IMG/VR virus record: IMGVR_UViG_2706794678_000002
Strand: one strand, 5' to 3'
DNA length: 16,789 nt
DNA from: a virus
Taxonomy: Duplodnaviria; Heunggongvirae; Uroviricota; Caudoviricetes
A model generated the notes under the pieces. That model ran no database searches. It saw only the letters and a list, made by a program, of their open reading frames with translations, and was not told where the DNA came from. Of this stretch, positions 8,437-16,789 are shown piece by piece; position 1 is the first letter of the stretch; each line of letters starts with the position of its first letter. Position numbers and translations under genes: made by a program.

Positions 8437-9462
8437 TTACGCCAGTTGAACGGACACGAACTCATCAGGATCAGCCAGCAGCATCAGCGGTGCTGACTGA
8501 ATCATGGTGAACTCACGCGCCGGATCGCCGGTGGTCACCCAGTTTTTCGGGTAACGGGCAGAAGCGTTAATGCCTTCGCGCTGTGCGTCCGCATCCTGAA
8601 TGCAGCCATAGGTGCGCAGACCGCGAGCCTGAGTGTTCCCCAGCACCATCGTGTTGTCCGGCAGGAAGTTCTTTTTGACGCCGTTTTCCACGTACTGTCC
8701 GGAATACACGACGATGGCCACATCGCCATACATTCCCTTATAGGACACCGCTTTGCCCAGGTCTTTTACCGCTGTCTCCAGCTCGGAATGAGAGCCGCGA
8801 CGGGTATCCAGCTTCTCCTTGACGGCTTTGAAGGAACGGAACAGCGCCCAGCCTTTCGGGTCAAACACGATGATATTCACCACACCGCTGGCGTTCAGCG
8901 CGTAGGCTTCGATATCGTCGGTCGGGTCATACGTGGACTTGTCACGCTTGCTCCACTCCGTGACGCCGGACTGTGTGATGTTGTTCGCCGCACTGCGGCC
9001 CATATCCACCTCAACCGGATCGAAGGCTTCACCGGTCATGGTGTATTTGCCCTTGAGCACGGCAGAAACTGCCTGCATCTCTTCGACCTGAGCAATGGCC
9101 AGCTCTTCGTCACGCATGTTCTGCATGATGATGCGACGGCGGCGGTAAGCCGGGTCCGCCAGATTCTGCGGATCTTCATCCGGCAGGCGACGCAGGGTCA
9201 TCTGCGGATTCACCTCATGCTTGGGTTTGACATATCCCGGCGTAAATTCAGAGGTGGAGCCGCCACGGGAACGGATAACCTCACCGGAAACAATCGGCGA
9301 AACGTACAGCGCCATGTTTACCAGTCCCGGAATTTGTGAGAGATAGACTTTCTCCGTAGTGAAGGGATAGCTCTCACGGAAAAAGAGACGCAGAAACAGC
9401 GGATCAAACTTAAATTTCTGCTCATTTGCCGCCAGCAGCTGGGCGGTTGTGTACATCGACAT
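8437..9462 (-). CDS. E: Major capsid protein E (341 aa)
   Basis: ORF-track product contains MSMYTTAQLLAANEQKFKFDPLFLRLFFRESYPFTTEKVYLSQIPGLVNM...; start placed at ATG 9462-9460 to give 341 aa as in lambda gpE. Confidence 0.93.
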   Translation of the reverse strand: MSMYTTAQLLAANEQKFKFDPLFLRLFFRESYPFTTEKVYLSQIPGLVNMALYVSPIVSGEVIRSRGGSTSEFTPGYVKPKHEVNPQMTLRRLPDEDPQNLADPAYRRRRIIMQNMRDEELAIAQVEEMQAVSAVLKGKYTMTGEAFDPVEVDMGRSAANNITQSGVTEWSKRDKSTYDPTDDIEAYALNASGVVNIIVFDPKGWALFRSFKAVKEKLDTRRGSHSELETAVKDLGKAVSYKGMYGDVAIVVYSGQYVENGVKKNFLPDNTMVLGNTQARGLRTYGCIQDADAQREGINASARYPKNWVTTGDPAREFTMIQSAPLMLLADPDEFVSVQLA

Positions 9463-9517
9463 AAAAAAATCCCGTAAAAAAAGCCACACAGGCGGCCTTT
9501 AGTGATGAAGGGTAAAG

Positions 9518-9850
9518 TTAAACGATGCTGATTGCCGTTCCGGCAAACACGGTCCGTTTTTTCGTCTCGTCGCTGGCAGCCTCCGGCCAGAGCACATCCT
9601 CATAACGGAACGTGCCGGACTTGTAGAACGTCAGTGTGGTGCTGGTCTGGTCAGCAGCAACCGCAAGAATGCCAACGGCAGCACCGTCGGTGGTGCCATC
9701 CCACGCAACCAGCTTACGGGTGGAGGTGTCCAGCATCAGCGGGGTCATTGCAGGCGCTTTCGCACTCAATCCGCCGGGCGCGGTTGCGGTATGAGCCGGG
9801 TCACTATTGCCCAGCGGCTGGTAATGGGTAAAGGTTTCTTTGCTCGTCAT
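9518..9850 (-). CDS. D: Capsid decoration protein D (110 aa)
   Basis: ORF-track product contains [43 protein letters not shown]...; start at ATG 9850-9848 with AGGGA 5 nt upstream; 110 aa as in lambda gpD. Confidence 0.92.
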   Translation of the reverse strand: MTSKETFTHYQPLGNSDPAHTATAPGGLSAKAPAMTPLMLDTSTRKLVAWDGTTDGAAVGILAVAADQTSTTLTFYKSGTFRYEDVLWPEAASDETKKRTVFAGTAISIV

Positions 9851-9859
9851 AAACATCCC

Positions 9860-10255
9860 TTACACTGGTGTGTTCAGCAAATCGTTAACGGCATCAGATG
9901 CCGGGTTACCTGCAGCCAGCGGTGCCGGTGCCCCCTGCATCAGACGATCCAGCGCAGTGTCACTGCGCGTCTGTGCACTCTGTGGTGCTGCGGCCAGAAT
10001 ACGGCGGGCCGTTTCCACGGTCATACCGGGGGTTTCGGCCAGCACGCGTGCCTGTTCTTCGCGTCCGTGAGCCTCCTCACAGTTGAGGATCCCCATAATG
10101 CGACTGTTTTCTGCCGCAACCGCTGCGGTGATCTGCGCGTTCACGTCCGGCTGCGCCGCGCTGGCGTTCTCGCCCTCCGTCGCTTGCACCACGCCAGTAA
10201 CGTCAGCCTGCGAAGCAGTGGCTGAAACAGTTGTTGATTGAGTCTCTTTGGTCAT
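9860..10255 (-). CDS. Nu3: Capsid scaffolding protein Nu3 (131 aa), nested in-frame in the 3-prime third of C
   Basis: Internal in-frame ATG at 10255-10253 with AGGAGGG upstream; product MTKETQSTTVSATASQADVTGVV...NDLLNTPV is exactly 131 aa and shares the C stop codon, as known for lambda Nu3. Confidence 0.8.
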   Translation of the reverse strand: MTKETQSTTVSATASQADVTGVVQATEGENASAAQPDVNAQITAAVAAENSRIMGILNCEEAHGREEQARVLAETPGMTVETARRILAAAPQSAQTRSDTALDRLMQGAPAPLAAGNPASDAVNDLLNTPV

Positions 10256-11159
10256 TCGCCCTCCTGAGAGACGGGATTTACGTGCATCCAGTGCATCACG
10301 CATGACGGTGATCGCATCGGTACTGTTAACAAGTTCATCAGCCAGTCCGGCATCAATGGCCTCCTGACCGCTGTACACTGCAGCCTCGGTATCCAGCACA
10401 GCCTGCACGGACAGGCCGGTATATGCCGACACCTTCTGTGCAAACATCCGGCGGGTTGCATCCATCCGGGACTGCAATGTTTCCCGGACATCATCCGGTA
10501 GATGGCTGTAGGGGTTGCCATCCACCTTATGGCTGCCGCTGTAAATCAGCGTGATTTCCACGCCCTGTTTCTCCAGTGCAGCGCCGTAATTACTGTGAGC
10601 CATCATGACGCCGATGGAGCCTGTCCGGGCGGTCTGCGTGACCAGACGCCGGGAGGCGGCACTGGCAAGCAGCTGACCTGCGCTGCAGTTCATGTCATTG
10701 GCCAGCGCCCATACCGGCTTTATGTCACGCACACGGGCGATGATGTCAGCGCAGTCAAATGCTCCCGCCACCATTCCGCCCGGTGTGTCCATATCGAGCA
10801 GAATGCCGTCCACCATCGGGTCGCTGGCAGCCTGTTGCAGACGGGCGATAATGCCGTTGTAACCGGTCATCCCCGAGTACGGCTGCAGCGCCCGCGTCCG
10901 GCTGACCAGCGTGCCGGACACCGGCAGCACGGCGATGCCGTTCATTACCTGATAACTGCGGGCCTGTCGTGGTCCGTCATCATCACCGGATAACGCCAGC
11001 GCCGCGGGTGCCTCTCCGGCAGTCAGGCTGTCGCCGGATACTGCATCCGTCAGGCAGCTGATCCCAAGCTGGCCTGCAAGCGCACAAAAGAAAACCCGCG
11101 CATAGGCGGGTTCAAGCATCAGCGGCTCATTAAAAGCCATGCTGGCAATATGCGGGAGA

Positions 11160-11179
<20 letters not shown>
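9860..11179 (-). CDS. C: Capsid assembly protease C (S49-family prohead protease, 439 aa), GTG start
   Basis: ORF-track 484-aa frame; start placed at GTG 11179-11177, preceded by GAGGAGGAG with 4-nt spacing, giving 439 aa beginning (M)TAELRNLPHIASMAFNEPLMLEPAYARVFF as in lambda gpC; the upstream ATG at 11314 would overlap B by 155 nt and lacks this RBS. Confidence 0.88.
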
Positions 11180-14896
<3,717 letters not shown>

Positions 14897-14922
<26 letters not shown>

Positions 14923-15442
14923 TCAGCAACCCCGGTATCAGTTCATCCAGCGCGGCTGCTTTGTTCATGGCTTTGATGATATCCCGTTTCAGGAAATCAA
15001 CATGTCGGTTTTCCAGTTCCGGAAAACGCCGCTGCACCGACAGGGGGATCCCGTCGAGAATACTGGCAATTTCACCTGCGATCCGCGACAGCACGAAAGT
15101 ACAGAATGCGGTTTCCACCACTTCAGCGGAGTCTCTGGCATTTTTCAGCTCCTGTGCGTCGGCCTGCGCACGCGTAAGTCGATGGCGTTCGTACTCAATA
15201 GTCCCTGGCTGGAGATCTGTCTCGCTGGCCTGCCGCAGTTCTTCAACTTCCCGGCGCAGCTTTTCGTTCTCAATTTCAGCATCCCTTTCGGCATACCATC
15301 TTATAACGGCGGCAGAGTCATAAAGCACCTCATTACCCTTGCCACCGCCTCGCAGAACGGGCATTCCCTGTTCCTGCCAGTTCTGAATGGTACGGATACT
15401 CGCACCGAAAATGTCAGCCAGCTGCTTTTTGTTGACTTCCAT
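14897..15442 (-). CDS. Nu1: Terminase small subunit Nu1 (181 aa)
   Basis: ORF-track 181-aa product MEVNKKQLADIFGASIRTIQNWQEQGMPVLRGGGKGNEVLYDSAAVIRWYAERD... (winged-HTH N-terminus); matches lambda gpNu1; the 3-prime end overlaps the A start by 26 nt. Confidence 0.93.
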
Positions 15443-15466
15443 TGTTCATTCCACGGACAAAAACAG

Positions 15467-15580
15467 AGAAAGGAAACGACAGAGGCCAAAAAGCCCGTTT
15501 TCAGCACCTGTCGTTTCCTTTCTTTTCAGGGGGTGTTTTAAATAAAAACATTAGGTTACGGCGAAGAAGAACGGAAACGC
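15467..15580 (-). promoter_or_regulatory. cosB: cosB: terminase (Nu1) binding elements R1 (15468-15482), R2 (15508-15522), R3 (about 15566-15580), with an AT-rich block between R2 and R3 at the position of the IHF site I1
   Basis: R1 GAAAGGAAACGACAG and R2 CTGTCGTTTCCTTTC are a perfect 15-bp inverted repeat; R3 carries the related core CGGAAACG; the arrangement lies between cosN and the Nu1 start, as in lambda. The IHF site assignment is by position only. Confidence 0.75.
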
Positions 15581-15619
15581 CTTAAACCGGAAAATTGTCA
15601 TAAATAGCGAAAACCCGCG

Positions 15620-15631
15620 CGCCTTCCGCCC
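15620..15631 (-). other. cosN: cosN, 12-nt cohesive-end core (terminase nicking region); minus-strand sequence GGGCGGAAGGCG
   Basis: Flanks match the lambda cos junction as I recall it (GATCCGACAGGTTACG on one side, CGCGGGTTTTCGCTATTTATG on the other); the 12-mer between them occupies the position of the lambda cohesive end. Confidence 0.7.
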
Positions 15632-15654
15632 CGTAACCTGTCGGATCGCCGGAA

Positions 15655-15661
15655 AGGACCC
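15655..15661 (-). other. cosQ: cosQ-like heptamer GGGTCCT (packaging termination element)
   Basis: Plus strand AGGACCC at 15655-15661 is GGGTCCT on the minus strand, about 24 bp from cosN on the side opposite cosB, matching the lambda cosQ position and sequence as I recall them. Confidence 0.55.
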
Positions 15662-15666
15662 GCAAA

Positions 15667-15683
15667 ATGATAATAATTATCAT
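15667..15683. repeat. Perfect 17-bp AT-rich palindrome ATGATAAT-A-ATTATCAT (8-1-8), Fur-box-like
   Basis: Reverse complement of 15667-15683 is identical except for the central base; lies immediately beside cosQ. Confidence 0.7.
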
Positions 15684-15830
15684 CTACATGTCACAACGTG
15701 CATCTACGCCATCAAACCACGTCAAATAATCAATTATGACGCAGGTATCGTATTAATTGATCTGCATCAACTTAACGTAAAAACAACTTCAGACAATACA
15801 AATCAGCGACACTGAATACAGGGCAACCTC

Positions 15831-16064
15831 ATGTCAACGAAGAACAGAACCCGCAGAACAACAACCCGCAACATCCGCTTTCCTAACCAAATGATTGAAC
15901 AAATTAACATCGCTCTTGTTCAAAAAGGGTCCGGGAATTTCTCAGCCTGGGTCATTGAAGCCTGCCGCCGGAGACTGTGCTCAGAAAAAAGAGTTTCGCC
16001 TGAAGCAAACAAAGAAAAGAGTGACATTACTGAATTGCTCAGAAAACAGGTTAGACCAGATTGA
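15831..16064 (+). CDS. Small basic hypothetical protein (77 aa), possible ribbon-helix-helix DNA-binding fold
   Basis: ORF-track product MSTKNRTRRTTTRNIRFPNQMIEQINIALVQKGSGNFSAWVIEACRRRL...: Arg-rich N-tail, short predicted beta-strand (RNIRFP), then helix-turn-helix-like segment with a G-x-[ST] turn; weak RBS. A homologous ORF exists at the equivalent cos-proximal position of lambda as I recall. Confidence 0.55.
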   Translation: MSTKNRTRRTTTRNIRFPNQMIEQINIALVQKGSGNFSAWVIEACRRRLCSEKRVSPEANKEKSDITELLRKQVRPD

Positions 16065-16121
16065 AGCAATTTAGATAATCGTGCAGACTACGCCCCCTCA
16101 TATCACATGGAAGGTACTACA

Positions 16122-16532
16122 ATGGCTCAGGTTGCCATTTTTAAACAAATATTCGATAAAGTGCGAAATAATTTAAACTATCACTGGTTTTATTCTGAAC
16201 TAAAACGTCACAATGTCTCACATTACATTTACTATTTAGCCACAGAGAATATTCATCTTGTTCTTGAAAACGATAATACGGTTTTAATAAAAGGACAGGG
16301 TAAGGTTGTAAATGTAAGATTTTCAAAAAATAAATGCCTTATAGAAGCCACCTTAAAAGGATTCAAATCAGGAGAGTTATCATTTTACGAATACAGGAAA
16401 AATCTTGCTACAGCAGGGGTTTTCAGATGGATTACAAATATCCACGAAAACAAAAGGTATTACTATACCTTTGATAATTCATTACTCTTTACTGAGAACA
16501 TACAGAACACTACACAAATATTTCCGCACTAA
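16122..16532 (+). CDS. Conserved hypothetical protein (136 aa), probably DUF1398 / YbcV-like prophage right-end protein
   Basis: ORF-track frame 16107-16532; start placed at second ATG (16122) because GGAAGG lies 7 nt upstream; product [58 protein letters not shown]... The family assignment is from memory of the lambda/DLP12 right-end ORF, not from a search. Confidence 0.65.
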   Translation: MAQVAIFKQIFDKVRNNLNYHWFYSELKRHNVSHYIYYLATENIHLVLENDNTVLIKGQGKVVNVRFSKNKCLIEATLKGFKSGELSFYEYRKNLATAGVFRWITNIHENKRYYYTFDNSLLFTENIQNTTQIFPH

Positions 16533-16540
16533 ATCATAAC

Positions 16541-16569
16541 GTCCGGTTTCTTCCGTGCCAGAACCGGAC
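16541..16569. terminator. Hairpin (8-9 bp stem GTCCGGTT/AACCGGAC, about 11-nt loop) just after the 136-aa ORF stop; possible weak intrinsic terminator
   Basis: Inverted repeat 16541-16548 / 16562-16569 seen directly; no strong U-tract on the plus strand, a modest U-rich run (GUUAUGAUUUAG) follows on the minus strand. Confidence 0.3.
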
Positions 16570-16789
16570 TCGCTGGCATGATGAAATATGTGTACCCGGT
16601 AACCCCGGTGTGCATCGTTTTTGATTATTCCCGCACACTCGCGCAGAAGGAGTTCCCCGTCGGGCTACGGTCTCTGTTAATACGGGAATACGGCGACGAT
16701 TGGATTTGCCCCTATATTTCCAGACATCTGTTATCACTTAACCCATTACAAGCCCGCTGCCGCAGATATTCCCGTGGCGAGCGATAACC

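Noticed and set aside
6672-9856. Upstream in-frame ATGs extending V (6672), FI (8434), E (9489) and D (9856), and ATG 11314 extending C
   Set aside because: Downstream starts have better-placed Shine-Dalgarno sequences and give the protein lengths known for lambda homologues; the extensions would create larger gene overlaps.
10252-10521. Minus-strand 89-aa ORF in an alternate frame within C
   Set aside because: Out of frame with C/Nu3 and Cys/Arg/Trp-rich; the in-frame Nu3 start at 10255 explains the region.
15690-15830. Promoter-like hexamers upstream of the 77-aa ORF (for example TTGATC at 15757-15762 with TAAAAA at 15778-15783)
   Set aside because: Spacing and hexamer matches are marginal in an AT-rich region where such matches occur by chance; not confident enough to annotate.
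16534-16787. Overlapping 69-aa plus-strand and 67-aa minus-strand ORFs at the right edge
   Set aside because: Arg/Cys/Trp-rich translations with no RBS and no resemblance to any protein I recognise; more likely non-coding sequence. A minus-strand ORF entering from beyond the right edge and ending near 16746 shows only 13 codons, too little to call.

Overview
This 16.8-kb window is almost entirely the late morphogenetic operon (DNA packaging, head, tail) of a bacteriophage lambda-like siphovirus. It is read on the minus strand in the canonical lambda order Nu1-A-W-B-C/Nu3-D-E-FI-FII-Z-U-V-G/G-T-H-M-L-K-I, with the first 28 codons of J at the left edge. Gene calls rest on the supplied ORF track plus my recollection of lambda protein sequences and lengths; no database search was possible. 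Genes are tightly packed with overlapping stop/start codons. The sequence runs uninterrupted through the cohesive-end region (cosQ-cosN-cosB, about 15467-15661), so this is an integrated prophage or a circular/concatemeric form, not virion DNA. Right of cos (15632-16789) is an AT-rich segment with two plus-strand small ORFs antisense to the late operon. Two runs of N (2806-3064 in H, 13425-13703 in A) are unresolved sequence. I see no convincing novel multi-gene system: this is a well-characterised module. The items most worth a second look are a cosN core that differs from the lambda cohesive end as I recall it, a Fur-box-like palindrome beside cosQ, and the small RHH-like/DUF1398-like gene pair.
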